Shown here: positions 1 to 15,119 of the stretch, one piece after another | How the letters are laid out: every line of letters starts with the position of its first letter | How positions within the stretch are numbered: position 1 is the stretch's first letter | DNA from: Hydrolagus affinis | Taxonomy: Eukaryota | NCBI GenBank assembly: GCA_012026655.1 | Contig: JAAILG010000435.1 | Coordinates: 1-64,000 of the forward strand | Length of the DNA stretch: 64,000 nucleotides | Reading direction: 5' to 3' | Position numbers and translations under genes: made by a program | The notes under the pieces: generated by a model | Seen by the model: the letters and a program-made list of their open reading frames with translations, nothing else | Database searches by the model: none | What the model was told of the DNA's origin: nothing

Positions 1-143
1 GCGTGCACGAGTGTTTCGGCAGCGCGGGGGGTGAGGTAGTTGCGGAGTCTGGCAATATTACGCAGGTGGAAATAAGCGTTGCCGGTTAAGGCGCGGATGT
101 GGGGGAGGAAGGAAAGTTTTTGATCGAACATGATGCCGAGGTT
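1..143 (-). mobile_element. L2-clade LINE ORF2 fragment (post-RT region), runs off the window edge
   Basis: Reverse complement translates without stops as NLGIMFDQKLSFLPHIRALTGNAYFHLRNIARLRNYLTPRAAETLVHA, matching the L2 motif NLG..FD..L.F..HI......YFHLRNI..LR..L....AETLVHA; GC/CpG-rich relative to flanks. Confidence 0.85.
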
Positions 144-3100
144 ATTGGTGGCATTAAAGTCTCGGCACAGCAATTCTGAATGGGTGGGGGGTTGTTTATT
201 GGCAAACACTGGGCCTATCTCTCTCTCTAAAGTAAATAAATGGCTCTATGGCTTTAATGTATTATTTTACAGGTGAAAAGGTGGCTGTTTTAAAGTGGCC
301 AGTCCGAGCAGGTTGAGTATTTAACATTGCCAGTTGTATTTAGACCCCTTCTTTCCCCCACCACCACCACCCTCCCTCCTTCCATAAATACAGCAAAACG
401 TCACATCAAACAGATCTTCAGGGTTCATGTCATGTGTTGAGAAAGAGCGCCATTATTCAATCAACTAAGCTTCAAAATGGCAGTTAGTTACTAATTTACA
501 GCTGGGGTTGATGCCATTGAAACTAAACCTCAACAAAAAACAATCCATAAGCCATCCTGCTCACCCAAGTTTTTGCGTTCCAAGTACCACTTGAATGATT
601 CAGTGTTACTGGCATAAAAAAGCTTACAACACATAGGAAATAGCAAGTCAGATGTGTTTAATGTAAATACGCTGTCAGATCCCTTCCAGCAAATGACATG
701 AGCAGATGATTAACAGTGTTCTCAATAGTTTTTTGCATAATCTGCCAATTTGGTGGAACACTTCAACTGTTCTCACAGAACATTAATTTTGTCATTTAAG
801 ATTTTGTAAATGTTCAACTATGAAGCTGTTATACGAATAAAACTATAGTAACTACTTGTAGCGATAAGAACCTATAAATCCCCAGATCGCTACATACTTG
901 AATGCTTTCTTGCTGGACGAGAAGTGTAGGTTTGGGGAGACGGAATGCATTTTCGACTCTGCTCAGGTCACATAATCATCGTTGTTGAACAGCACTGAAA
1001 ACATTGGCTGCCTTTATTTCGACTGTGTTAAAAAAACATACAGTGTATAATGTGTTCATTTACATCTTTGGGAGCTGCTTAAGACACATCAAAGACGGTT
1101 CTGGAATGTTGTGTATTTGATACTTGGTAGGAGTGAGCTTTTGTCAACGACAGAAAAAAACCAAGATAATTTAAAAGAGACAGAGAGGAAGAAAGAAAAA
1201 TCCAAATGTGTCCCCTGAGTATTTTAAGGCTGTGAGATTGTAAAAAAAAATCCTGTAAGATTTACGATTCATTTTATATGTTTTTTAGAATTTATTTTTA
1301 AGAATCGTGCTAAGAGTCCACTAGATCCTGTAGGAGTTGTATGAAGGATATCCTTTGGAGTATTTGGCACCCATTTGGCAAAAGGCAAGCATAATCGCCT
1401 CCACATTTGTGGGAAGTCTCTCGACTCTTAAAGCACAATGTTGTGTGGGACTGATACTTTGAGTTGGGATTCTTTAAAGCACCATTAAAAGATCTATTCA
1501 CTAAACCTGGACATACATTTGAGGGTAACAGTGAACTAACAAACAAATCTTTTGAAAGGACAAGAAATGTTTGACAATTTTTAAAATAGCTTGAGGGCGT
1601 AGAAGATCCATAGAGCAGCGTCAATCTTCTTGGGTGTTTTTGCAGTACAGAAAGGTTGCTTTTTTAAAAAAAATGGAAATGAGAACAGTTTTGAAGTACT
1701 GTATACAGAACAGGTATACTGTTGAGCTGGTTCCTTCCACAAACCACACTTTACCACACCCAATCTGAACCTATTTGCTGAGAAAAAGCTGTGCACCATA
1801 TTTTTCTTGATGGTCTTTCTACATTTCAGGTTTTCTTATATGCTTAAGTGACCTATCTTTGTCACCATGACATGTGCATGTAAATACAAAAAAAGTTTGC
1901 CAAGCTATCCACGAATACAACAACAAATTAATTTGGACTAAATTTAGATCATTTGAAAAAAGAACCATTTGTTTTTTTGCCAAACATTAAAAAAAATAGT
2001 TTGCAGTCAGTCAGGCACAGAGCTCACTCATTTGTAAGCAGCAGAAGCATGCTAGCCAGAAAATAATTGGGTTTTAGGTCAATGTCTTCTTTACACGAGT
2101 GTGAACGTTTTCTGATTTGGGTATTTAAAACTGCTTCGAACATGGAGAAATTAACTTCCCTATAAATTGCCGCAAATTCATTTCTTGTGAAGGTGAAATG
2201 GTTACATCAATGCTCTTGTAAGTACCTACAAGTGAACATCATATGATATGATGAATATCGAAAAGGTATTACAAATGAGGAGCAACAAATGCTGGCACTA
2301 AAGCAAATTATACTCATAGTTTACTAATTCATCTCAGGTTATAGACGATGTTCGTGATCCGTCCAACCATTAGTTTTGTACTTTAAATTGGTCACTTGAA
2401 GCCCTCGGTTTGTTTCCAGGCTGATAACCGCCTCTCAGCTCACCCGCTGTGAATTTTATGATTGGCCTGAAACAGTGGCATGGATAGTGCCTTGCGAGAA
2501 ATGTAATAACAAATGAATAGTGGCAAAGGCAGAGCTCCTCCAGCTTGCCAAGTTATCCCCAACATCCCAGAATAGCCTGTTGTATCCCAGTTCACAAGTT
2601 TAATAAATTCAGATTTTGCAGAGCACTCCTGGTTTTTAGTGTTTATGTAAAAAAAAAGGGTCAATGTTCCCAATTCACTTGCTGTAAAATTGGATGGAAT
2701 GAAGCTCCTGCTATTGTGAAATTACTATCCAATTACAGTGAAAATCAGATTAGTAATCTCCCATTGTTTGGCTGATGTGGAGGAGAGAAATGCACCTTGT
2801 AGATCAATAAAAATAATGCCGTAGGACATAAAAGTGTTTAATCTCTCTCAGCGCCATGCCTGAATGTCTCAACTACACTTAAAAAGATTCATTCCAGTCC
2901 AACCACAGGAAGTAGTCTTGAGATTGCAATTCCGTTAGCAAAATATGCAGATAGTTTGAGGTCAGACCTGAAATCTGTGGAAGCAGATAATACCAGCATC
3001 ACCAGCTGACATAGGGATCTGCAAAGCCACAACTGGGTCTGAAACATCTAAGTCTATTGATAAACGTGCCATGCCCTTTACATTGTAACTCCTGTGTACC

Positions 3101-6100
3101 CCAACATGGCACGATTTCACTGTTTTAGAAGCTTGCCACTGGAGAATTTCAGAGAGATTTTCAATTGTCCTTTCTACCCCATACCCAGTGCCTGAACACG
3201 ACCACTTTCCTCCACCTCCATCACATTCCTCGCCTCAGCGACATAACCCAATATAAATCCAAGCCGTTGTGGTTTCAAACCAAGACCTGGTTTCCACTGA
3301 TCATTGGCAGTCAACAATGAAACATTAATGTTAAGGAATTCATTGCTACATTGTTAAATTAGGAGAAATGTGTCTGGACTTGTAATCATAGGGAAAAACA
3401 TGAGAACCATAGATAATAGGAATTTAAAAGATTAAGCGGGTGTGATTTTCCCATCAGTGTCATGGAGAGCTGTAACTCTCATCAGCAGTGACCACATTTT
3501 CCACCTGACACTCACTGCATGCAAACCACTGCTGGCAGATTTCCCATCACTCTGAGCTCGGGAGGTGTAGAGTCACTGTTGGGACAAGTCAGCAAGGCTG
3601 TTGCCAGATTCCAACCAATTCCATTTTTTTTATTGTGTGAGCTTCTAGCAGTGAAAAAGTCACATTAGAAATGATCTTACTTTTTCCATTAAGTGATAAA
3701 CCTGACTGGTCTATGTGTTGCACAGCTCTGAAAGAGATACAGTATTTGGCTTTTTAAATCTTTACAAATCCAATAAGACCCTATTCCTTCAACCTCTGGA
3801 CCTCGGCTCAATAGAACTGATGTCTCCTCTCTCACAGATCCACGTGGTTAGCTTGGCAGACTGAATCCAGTTGGTGCAGATTCATAGCACAAGAATGTCC
3901 ATGGTTTGTGTGTGCTTAATTGGCAGCCACATCATGAATGTCAGTATGAAATAGGAGAGAAAAAAATTACATCATTGATAGGGCCATGCTCGGAGGATGG
4001 GTATAAACCATGTGGTTGAGGCATTTTGTATTTCTGTATGTCTGCCAATGCTATACACTGGCATTTGCATAAAGTGCTCAGTTCACAGCAATAACTTCCC
4101 TCAGCTTGATGGTCAAAAAATAACATTTTGAAAAAGCATCATTATTACCCCACAGGCAGGCCAGTCAGCTGACTGCTCCTTGTGTTCTACTATTAACCGG
4201 TAACCAAAGTGGCTCAGCTTGTTCTTTAAACAAGGCACAGATTGGATTTAGAACAGAAATCAACATTAGCATTGCTAAACGTACCTTTCCAGTGGGAAAA
4301 ATAGCACCTCTTGTGCCAATATACTGTAACCACACATCCCCCTTTCATTACACACACTGGATATTTTACAATAACTTTTACTGAACCATCAATCTAATTT
4401 ATGTGTGGAATTAATGTTATATAAGAACTCCCCTGGTGCACAGGTGTGGCACAAAGCCAGGTCATGTCCGAATCTCAATATTTAATCTCAGATGGGGTAA
4501 CAATTACAAAGGGACAAATGACCTCACAACCTCCTAGACAACTTGACCAAATATTCTGGTGCAAATAATAATTTCTGGCTGATTCTCTTCTAGTAATGAC
4601 CACTGTCCAACCTGCATTGCTCTCCTCAAGATTTTCAGGCAGTGGTAAAGGTCATGACAATTAGCAGTAAAATAGCTCTCACTGTGTTAACAATGGCATG
4701 AGGTGTGTCATGACTCATGATTGGCAATGTTCCCTCATCCCCACCAACCTCAGAAATAGCATCACACCACCAGAAAGCAGGGATTATATTGTATATTTGA
4801 ATCTGTTCTGTTACTGCAGGTGTGTGAAAGATTCCAAGACAGGTTAGTCGAGGTACTATTGGTGAAAACTCCCATTATCACCTCCATCCATCAAAAGAAA
4901 AATCCAGCTCTATATGTACAAGTGTCAATAATCTCCAAATAGAATACAGGCTTAATGCAGGAAACATGAAAGTAACCTGAAAGTGGCAGCAGTATCGGTG
5001 ATTAGACATTTCTAATATAGGACTTGACATTTTCTTAAATAGTACAGAGCTGGAATTTGTTATTTACTGGAAGTTATAAAAGGCCAGTTATATCATATCT
5101 ACACAGTGGCATTTTATAGGAAAGCTGCTATGCTAATTCAGTGTCTGATTCTGAGCGTTGCAGAGCACCAGACAAATTGTCGGAAATCCTCTTATTTGTA
5201 GAAACCGAGAGAAAATGGGCAGTTGGTAGAGTGGAAGCTTCTTTTATTGTATCTTCTAATGATGTTTTAATGCATTTACTACAATTGATTCAAAGGCTTT
5301 TAATGCGTGTGCATACACCATTCCTGAGCAGTGCAATATATTTCAAATGACATTCTTAGAGAGCTAGGACTATGTAGGTGACATAAATAACATTGGGATC
5401 CAGGTTCGAGCACTGAATCTACAAAAGCAACATACATTTCTTTCAATAATACACGTATATTAATAGCATCAAGTAGATGTTATTCTATTTATTGGCCTTC
5501 GCTTGCTGGATTTCAAACCTCACGTATTAAACGTGATCTGCTCAGCTCTCCTGTGGGCTCAGTACTCTCAGCCATTGAAAAATATCGTCGATAAATTAAG
5601 GCACAGATGACCACAGCACTGCAGTTAATTGCTATCCAGAGAAAAATGGACCATATGAATTTAACTCCTTCTGTACCACTCTGCTGTATCAAGGCTTAGT
5701 ATTACATTGTATCTGTGGTTGATGCGATTTTCACTTTGATGGTCATAATCAATACGGTGTTGTAAGGCTGGATTTGCCTGTACGCTGATCCACCATTAGT
5801 TTAACTTCCCGTGCAATGAAAATAGCTGATTTTTGGGTCACAGCTGATGTCACTTTCCGGGGGCTGAACTTTTGCGCCGACCTAATGATCAGGAAGTTGG
5901 CTGTATCTCAGCAATGGCAAGCCAATGGGTGTCTGTAGATGCAAGAAATGACTTCAGCAACAGCTATTTTTTTTTCGAAAACAGCAACAGCTGTACTTTT
6001 TGTATATTACACAAATGCACAATGTGCAAGAAGCAACGTTGTTGCTGTTACTGATACATACGTAATGGTGTAAAGTATTTTAGCAAAATTAAAACAATAC

Positions 6101-7519
6101 CATTGAGTGAAATGCTTGAGCAATGCATTAATATGATCTAAACCCCAAATTAGATATCATACAATATGCCATACATTGGGTTTTGTGGGTAGAATCTGAA
6201 GGAATTTTTTTTTAAGTTGTGGTTTGAAAGTTTCTGTTTTACCCTGAGTCTTAGTTCATTTCTGAACGACCCTCACTGAAGGACATCACACCTCCTTGCG
6301 ACATCACTCTGGTCTGGTAAATCTTGAGTAATTTGTGGGGGGTTATGGGAGCAGTACACACAATTTATATCAGTATGAATAATACTAAAAGGCCATTTTA
6401 TAATATCCAGAACACAGAAGCACACAGAGAACAACTGAACAGCTCAGTTACATGGATTGAAGGGAATATTATCCTAGGGGGGAGGGTTTTCCAATGTAAA
6501 TCCCTAGGAATGTGGGAAAAAAATATTATTTGCAATACCTTCTCCATGAAAGGTGATATTTCCAATGTGTATCTGACAAATTGTTGGAGTAATGCCATTT
6601 CAAGATTTCTGGCCAGAGAGAACCTCTCAGCTAATGTATAATGTGGTCGGGTGTTATTATTGAGTGGGATTGGAGTTCTTTCTGATCCAGGTTGTTGATC
6701 CCAGGGCAACAGGACCATTAAAAAGTTCATTGCTAGCCAGGACCTTCATCTTTTCTCCCCAGAGTAATGTTCCTTTGTAGAAATTATTCCTATGAAAAAA
6801 CAGAGCTATGCAACGCTCTGCTTCACCATTTCAGAAAACAAACAGCATGATCACGTGTTCAAGGTTCCGTTATGTTTTCCAAGAATATTATTAATAAACG
6901 AGCCTTCCTTCTGAAGTGCTCTTGTTCCCATTTTATAATCGATAACATCAAATCTTCTGGTGGAAATTTAGTGAGGCAAGTTAGATCCATCTTCAGCTAG
7001 GTTCCATAATCAGACTGTTAGATAGTTTGTTAAAGTTGTTATATCACTGATCAAATTGGATCAAGAATAAGGCACATTTTCCCTCAAATCGTTCAGTGGT
7101 ACAGTAACAGTAACTTATGCTGCAGGGGAGGGATTAAATCTGATTTCTACTTTCATCAAACCAGATGTCCCATTAGGACCAGATGTTTGTTTTTTAAAAG
7201 TTCCAGTAGTTCAGTTACTGAAAATCATTCTTTCCATTCCAGTCTAGAGTAGACTGTAGGACGCTGCTGGGCTGCTTTATGGTCAGTGGCGAGACTTGGA
7301 ACATTCTTATGGAATGTTTATTTGCAGTTATACAGAAAGCATGTTTGTCATCACATTAACCAGTTGCATCAGGGCTGCAACCAACTGCAGCTTTCTGGGA
7401 TTTATCTGAGGATGCAGACTGCTAGTTGGTTGTGGGGGGTTATGGTAACTCAGCCATGCATCCCACATTCTCAAATTAATATTTAAGTGTCAATGAACTT
7501 CAATTACAGTAACTGCATT

Positions 7520-7700
7520 AACACTTGGATAAGTGTACGTACTGAGGGGTGGCACAGGGAGATTGGGTATGTAGGGAAGGTTTGTGTGTTCCCCATGGAA
7601 TAATCCTTGGTGGGGCAGATCCCTCTCATGTGCAAACATAGGAAATGTGGTCCAATTGACTAAAGGGACCTTCTCCTGTTCCTAGCTATTTATTCCTATA
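7520..7700 (+). mobile_element. Degraded CR1-like LINE 3' end
   Basis: Ends in aaagggaccttctcctgttcctagctatttattcctat, resembling CR1 3' tails; recognised by eye only. Confidence 0.35.
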
Positions 7701-10084
7701 AGAGAGTGATGTGATTACAGGAACGAGTCAGGCTAACCATAGGAGAATCTCTCAGGCAGCAAGGCACATATGATATTGATGAAGGTTTGTTCTAATAAAG
7801 TACAGTACTCCAGCCCATGCACCTGCAGCCATCATCATTATCATTTTTAATGGGCAGAAGGCCTGTTGCCAGGGAAGGTTCACTTCAACAGATAGCATTA
7901 ATCAAATGTATTGGTCAATGAGGAATGAGGTAACACTTAATACAAGTAAAGTAATATATATTTTAATGTTAATTTTTTTGCGAGGGGAAAGAGGAGCATC
8001 TATAAAGGAAAAATGGCTAAGTGAATAGACTTGCAAAGCTTACACCTCCCTTCCAGTGCTGTCTTTAGTTGAAATGGGCGGATGGTCCTGACTGCTCAGG
8101 AGCAGTACATGCTGAGAATCCTCCGTCCGAGACTGCAAACTCAGCGAGCCCTTCATAAGTGTGTGATCGGCAACTGAGACATGGATTCACACCTTAATCT
8201 CTTTAATCTTCCACCCCAGAGTCCAACACTTAATTGTAGCCACTAAATTACTCAAGAGGTTAGATCTTGCCCTGCCTAATATTGCTATGACCTGTATCCT
8301 TAAGTCTGCAAAGCGCGCTAATCTGAAAACTACTGTAAAACATGTATTAAAAGAGTGGATAACTCCCAACTGGACAACAATTTACAATTACATCTACCTT
8401 GTTAAATTGATGCTAAAATGTCACAAATTTGCAAAAATCCTTTTGTGATCAACATAAAGTTGTGGCGCTGTGCAAGTCTAACTCTGCATGTTTGTATAAT
8501 GCATTAGCTTGTTCAATAGGGCTTTTTTATAAACAACTTGGACAGCTCATAACTGCTGAACATAGCAGCGTGTGGGTTAAGGAAATGGGGCTGTACTACA
8601 CAAAACCATGTTTATTACAAATGAGATTCCACATCACTCTTGTTCACTTGAGTGCAAATGGGAAAGATCATCTGGGCTCAATTGGGCCAACTCACGTCAA
8701 GTCAAAAGATCCTAATTCCTCGAAAAGTATTTTCTTTACTCGAGGCCAAACCTTTGTAAGATTAGATGATACCTATCACACAGCTGTAGAAGTTATAGTT
8801 CAAACATTTATGTAAACTCATACAGATTTGATGTTTCGTTGTTTGGATAAGTATTTACTCTGGAAGACAGTGGGAGGACAGGTGCAGACTGAGATGAATA
8901 AATGCTTTACTGAACATAAGGTCCCCGAGCAGCGGGGACCGAGTGAATGTGGTGTGTGAAAACAGGACGTCCTCCTGAAATGAAAGGCATTATACAAATG
9001 CAATTTTGTTGTTGTTATGTAGTGGGAAGGGAAATTAGGCCCAGTGTAGGAATTCTGGAGTTTTCATGTGAGTTGCCTTCAAGCATCAGTAAGTTTCCAT
9101 GCAGAACTTTCTCCCAGGGCCAGGGAAGGTTTGTGGAGTGTCACGTTTGAGGGATCAGTGATGAGAGCCAGCCCTAATGGCCTTTCTTCTCATTCCATGT
9201 TAACAATGTTCTTGATTCCATATTAACGAATTGTGTAGAATTTCAGAAGTCCTTCTTACCAGGAATTAACACCCAATTCTTTTGTAATTCTGAATTCCGG
9301 ACTGAATCATAAACAATCTCTGGTTAACCCATTCAAATTAATAAAAACAAAACGTGGGAAATTAGAAAGGAAAACATGTGGAGTGCATTATCCTTAAATT
9401 CGGGGTTATTAGATTTTATTCTCAAAGATGGTTTTGGTTACACTGTGCCACTGTCTTCTTGCCCTACACATTTTAGGGATAAAATTAGGGTTAATTTTAT
9501 AATCTGAATTTAAACAAAACATCGACTGTCCCCTTCACAAGACTGACATTCATCAGCTGCATTTATGATGCATGACGCATTTTAGACACTTTATACAGTT
9601 TCATTCTCTCTGTTCTTGAGTATGCAAACGGGTAAACGCCGAAGCACAGCACAATGAACATGCTGAAAATTGATACATATCCACTGCGGCTTTCACAGAA
9701 ACCTAAATAAAGTCAAAAGCAGGATTGTTCATCCCGAACAAAGTGATACACAGTATAAATGCCACGTTTTATTTACAGCTGGGTTTACAGTGTTAAAGTT
9801 TTCAAAATGGCAATCAATCACCCATTCTTTCCCATTATGATGACGGCATACAATTAATGTCATGTGCACCATACCCCCAGCCTAAACATCATATAATATT
9901 TAATCAACAGAGTAGCTGATTTCCAATTTCCCACCCATCCAATTCACAAATCTTAAAGGGCTATTGTCGTCCTGGGTAATTATATTTTAACAGGTTTGTA
10001 ACATAGAAGGATTGCTGAGTCTGTGATATCTCAGTACTGACCATGTGTTCACAGAAAAGTAGATCTAGGGTTGAGAGTTATTGC

Positions 10085-10124
10085 CCTGATCAGTGAGGTT
10101 ACTGATCAGTGAGGTTACTGATCA
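10085..10124. repeat. 16-bp tandem duplication (ctgatcagtgaggtta x2.4)
   Basis: ctgatcagtgaggtta ctgatcagtgaggtta ctgatca read directly. Confidence 0.9.
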
Positions 10125-13084
10125 CAGCAGAAATGCGTTAGTATAAATATCAGGTTTTACGCTATTCCTAATATTCCTCCATATGAATTCCTCACACATA
10201 CCGTCTTGTTTTTTTTTAAAAAGACTATTAAAATATGAGTGGCTTGTAAATTGAACACTGATCAAGGATCAGTGCACAAAGATCAAGGAGTACAAATGTC
10301 AATAGGTATATGAGTCACACAGATGGGGATTCCTTCTGTTACCTGGAGGTCAGTCATGCTGACCCATACAACTCCGCTCTAGCTCATTGTACACCCAAAG
10401 CAGCGTGCCCACGGGTCAACAGAAAATTAGTACAATTTCAGTCAGGTTAAAAAATACCACAAATTAAACCCCTGTACGGAAAAGGTAATGGACATTAATG
10501 TTCGCCGTCAGAGAGTAGAGTTTTACAGCTCTGCAGACGTTCATCCCCAAAGAGTCTTATTAAAAAGAAGTGAAGAAATAGAGAGCATAATATCACATCG
10601 CCAGAGAGCTTATGTCTACTATAGTGGATATATTCCTGACAGCTGACGTGACTGCTTTCTAAAGGATCATTAGATGAGACCATTCTTATCAGTTTCAGGA
10701 ACCACTTCTTAATGCTGAATTCCTGTTGAACCAGGGCAATTAGGTGGTAAGACCTCAGTTCCACAATGCAGCTGAATGGGATGCAGATTTGCAGTTCACT
10801 ACAATACCGAGATCTCAATGTCCGAGGACAGTGTTGTGAGGAGATGCCCATTAGAAGCCAGGTGCTTCATCACAGTGGGAAATTGACGCAGTCAAATGGT
10901 AACTTTCAATCATCTCCTATCAACTGGCCCAACTGACGTGGCAAGGGCTGGGAGAAAGAAGCTTGCCCTCTCAGGCATAGTTGGTACATAATGTTGGTAC
11001 ATAACTTGGGGAGTCCTGAAAAGGGGGAGAGGAAAAGTAATGCAGAAAAAGATGGAGGGAAATGTGTCGTCACTTGCCTGCTCTCAATGAGGAATTAGTA
11101 TCACACTGGGGAGATTTCCAGTAGATTCAAGTCTTGGCACAGTCAGCAACTGCCTGCTCGGAAAACTCCACCGAAACACTTCCACATTGCCAATTACGAA
11201 AGTTCTCTGCCTACTGAAATGTGTTTCCAATGTTTTTTATTCGAAGTGTTACATAAATTGAATTTGAAGCACCAGCTGCGACTGAGAGACAATGTGCATG
11301 GCAGCCCTCCACATATCCCACCCGGTGCAGTCCTCCATTTACAAATTTGGATGAAAATGGCTCAAAAAATACTATTTACTCCAATACACTCTCATTTGCT
11401 ACTGAAATGGTTCCGGGGGGTGGGGAAAGCGGGTGCATTATGAGGGAAAGGTAAAAAAAATTAATGGCCCAAGGCATGAAATGCTACTTATTATTTCAAA
11501 ATGATTTTGCCTGAAAATGTTAGGTCAAATGTAACGCCATGTAAAACCATGGACAATTCTTAATTTGAAAGCTTTTTTTTCAAAGAACTGCACAAAGTAT
11601 ACTTTCCAATTGAGGCAGAATTGAACATTTCTGCACAATTCCATATCCCTTTCAACTTTTAAGATAAAATTAACTTACAGACTTAACTAAGACTAGGTGG
11701 AATTTCAAGCCTCAGGTGTTCTCTTTGAATATCAGTTCCGAATCAGTTGGACTGTAAACGTTTTAAAAAATCTTTCCCTCGCACATGCTGAAATGGAAGC
11801 CAATAATATCAATTCAAATGACCTTAAAATGAAAGCCAGCAATTGAATTGAACAATAGAATAAAACTACTTATAGGATGGATATGATTCCACAAGAGTCA
11901 ATTTGAAATTGGGCTCCTCTGTATTCACTTTGAAGAGGAATTTTCCTCTACGTGTACTTAGTTACCACAAATAATTACACCTCGGGTAGACAGGAAAGGG
12001 TTATTCACTTTCTAATCACGTTACAGAAGTGTTTTACATATTAAGTGGCGTTCAATCCACTATATCACTGGATATTGCATAAGGGTATGAGAATTTTTAT
12101 TTGACGTCAGTTACCATCAGAGCAAATAAACAGATGCTGCAACTTGTCCTCAATTCGATTGAGGTAGTGGAAGACTTGCACATTTTAACGCTGGCAGTAT
12201 GAGATGAGACACAGGCACTGATGTATGCTTCACATCTTACTGGTGCAGTCTGACTTATCTAGCTCACTATTTACCTGTCTGTGCCGACGGAGTTTGAAAC
12301 TGCATTGTTTAGAATGTCTGAATCCATATGTGGACCTAGCAGGTCTCTCTCTTTCTCTCTCACTTCTCTCTGGCTAGCAGTTGCCGAAGGAACAGAAGAG
12401 AAATACCACCAGCATGGGGTTTTCACTATTACTGTGACAATTCTGTTACATTATTAAACCTCCAGTTTGAGTTACGAGTTAAAGCCTTTAAGGCATGTCG
12501 CTAGCATCACTCTGTTTATTTTATGAAAGTTAGTTTCTCGAAGGAAACAGAAAAACAAATTAGACTGTAGTTTCTATCATTAGGCATGGTCTGTAGTTTT
12601 ATTTTTCACATTCTGGAAAAAAAATGTTATGGGTTATGTAAAAATATGCTAACTCAATAATCATACTAATTTTTAACCATGACAATGGTATTCAGAATTT
12701 CTGTATCCTAGCAACCCGGTGATTAGTTTGTCAATCGTGAAAAGCAGAATTCTACTGAGTAAAATATTTGATTCCATGCTTGGTTCAACAAAATGATTTA
12801 AACCATTAGTGGAAGTAGAGTCGCTCTGTTTTGTTCCTTGAAATCAGTGAATTACTTCATGCTGATACACACCGAACAACTAAACCCAGCTTCTGGTAGA
12901 TGTGGGCATTCAGTGCATTGTACACGCAGATGACTGTGTGAATAATGTTCCGAGGAGATTAGCACATCATTTTTTAAGAAAAGCAAAAATCTTACAAACC
13001 ACACAAGGGAAAAGGAAATTCTTAGGATAAGGAAGATTTGTTGTTCAGAGGGCAATGAATATTGCTAAAGACAATACAATGGGT

Positions 13085-13460
13085 GATGTTCACTTTTAAT
13101 GCAGCGAGCTCTGCCGCAGCATTTGTGAAATGGATTAATAACCGCACCAGGGCTTTAATATTTTTCTAGTTTTTCTTTAATTGAACGTTGGCAGCTTTGA
13201 AAAAAAATCTCTCCACATTGCTTAGAATTTTAGCTTCAGAAAATTTGGCATTGGGGAAAAAAAAAATTCTTGCGTGTATTGTACGACAGAATAATGAGCG
13301 AGCGATCTGATCCTGATCTGTAAATGAGCCCCCTCAGTAGTTGAAGAGGCTAGGCTTCATGCATAAGTGTCTGGGCTCCATTGAAATCCATTTCAAGGCC
13401 ACAGTCAGTGATTTTCAGACTGTTCTTCATTAACAGGGCCTCCCCACAACGGGAGCATTT
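13085..13460. promoter_or_regulatory. Candidate intronic conserved non-coding element (enhancer)
   Basis: Repeat-free block with homeodomain-type cores (tggattaata, tttaattg, tcattaac) in the intron of a gene known to be surrounded by CNEs; conservation not tested. Confidence 0.35.
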
Positions 13461-14184
13461 ACCAAAACCCTACATTCCGCGTGTGTCTGTGAATTGTTTA
13501 TTGTCTTGTTGGCTATTTGTACTACCATTAGAAAGCTTTATTATCCTGTTAGCGGGAGCCTGTGTGTTTTTCGGGTGTTTATTTTTAGCTTTTTTTTCCA
13601 TAAGAGCTTCTGCCGTAAGAAATGCTCAAATGAGTACTTGGCGACTTTGGTCTGAAAGCCGCCAGGGTTGTATATCATCACAAGTGCAGCACTATACAAA
13701 GAGAGAGTGCGTCAATGTTTGTTTATTTTTTTTAATATCTGAATTCAAACCTTTCACTGAAACCTTGTGCCAGGGCAATTACTAATTTCATAATGTAGAT
13801 TCCATTCACAATTCTGAAGACAAATAGTAGGAAAATTTAAACGTGCAGCACAATTTATTAGGCAGTAAAATTGATGTATTCACCCAGCCCTCGGAATTCA
13901 TATGTTCTGAAAAGTTTAGGGTCAAACCTCAGCAAGGGGTTGTGGGACATCCTCCCCTCGGGCACTGTATAATTTTAATAATCTGGAATGGCAAATCCAC
14001 AATTCCTCGAATAGGTTTTGATCATATAATCAGTTTCTTTACTGAAAGTACAATAATCCTTCCTCCTGCAGCTGAACAGAAATAGGCTCACTTTTACCTT
14101 CCCATGACAGACATGCAAAAGATGACAAAGTTGCTGATAGCGTGTTTGCCTCCATGTAAATGATAGCAGCTTTCCCCATTGTAA

Positions 14185-14530
14185 TAATATTATTAATAAT
14201 AATAATTCTTCCATTTGATATAGCGCCTTGTCATATCATTGAAACACCTAAAAGCGGTTCACAGACTATACTACAAAGTGAATTGACTATATTTTGTGGG
14301 AGAGATATTGTGTGCTGGTACATATATGTTGTGTAGGCAAACATGGGGGTGTCCCACGAAAAGCCACAAAGTAAATTACTATTTTTATCTGGGGTATAAC
14401 TGGCCAAGACACGAGGACAAGCTCCCTTCTCTTTTCAAATGCGACCTGTTTGCTATGTTATCTTAAGGACGGCATCTCCAACAATGCAGCACTCCCCCAG
14501 GACTGCACTGGAGCGTCAGCCTAGACCGAG
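14185..14530 (-). mobile_element. Deu-domain SINE remnant plus SINE 3' tail
   Basis: (aat)n then catttgatatagcgccttgtca...ttcacaga tail; tggccaagacacgaggacaagctcccttctctttt and gacggcatctccaacaatgcagcactccc are reverse-strand matches to the element at 53195-53592. Confidence 0.7.
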
Positions 14531-15119
14531 CTCATGGAAGTTTGAGGGCTAATTAAGCTAGTCTAATGACACATAAATAAATGAATAATCGAGGTCAGTT
14601 TCAGGAAATCACTACACTCATTTGTCTGGATTGTAACCCCCAGCCCCCATACAAAGTCTGTCTTTGGTCACTGAGTAAGCATGCTAAATTAGGAATGGTT
14701 TTGTTCTGTGGAGATTTGTCCACTTTGATATGGTTTGAGACTAGAGTGGCTCATAGCTGTCAAACAGATGGATCCTTTGGGATGGATGATTCATTCCCAG
14801 ATGTTAGTGAGTAATATTCTGACGTTGAATCCCAATGCCCTTCAAATCTTGGTAGGGTCTTTATAAGATAAGCAGGTGAATAGCACAGAGGGCAGGCCTT
14901 TGGTTCATTTGAACACCAAGTCAAAGGATGCAAGATTGAAGTTGTCATGGATTTGAACTTCCTTGCCAATGGTTGACTACCATTTTATGCCTCCAAACTA
15001 GCCACTGGTGGCAACTCCATATGTGATCTTGTTTATTGGAGAGAAGTAGAGAGTGACAGAACTATGTCACCCTGTTTGAATTGCACCTCCTGATGCTAGA
15101 TCACAGCATCACTGAACTG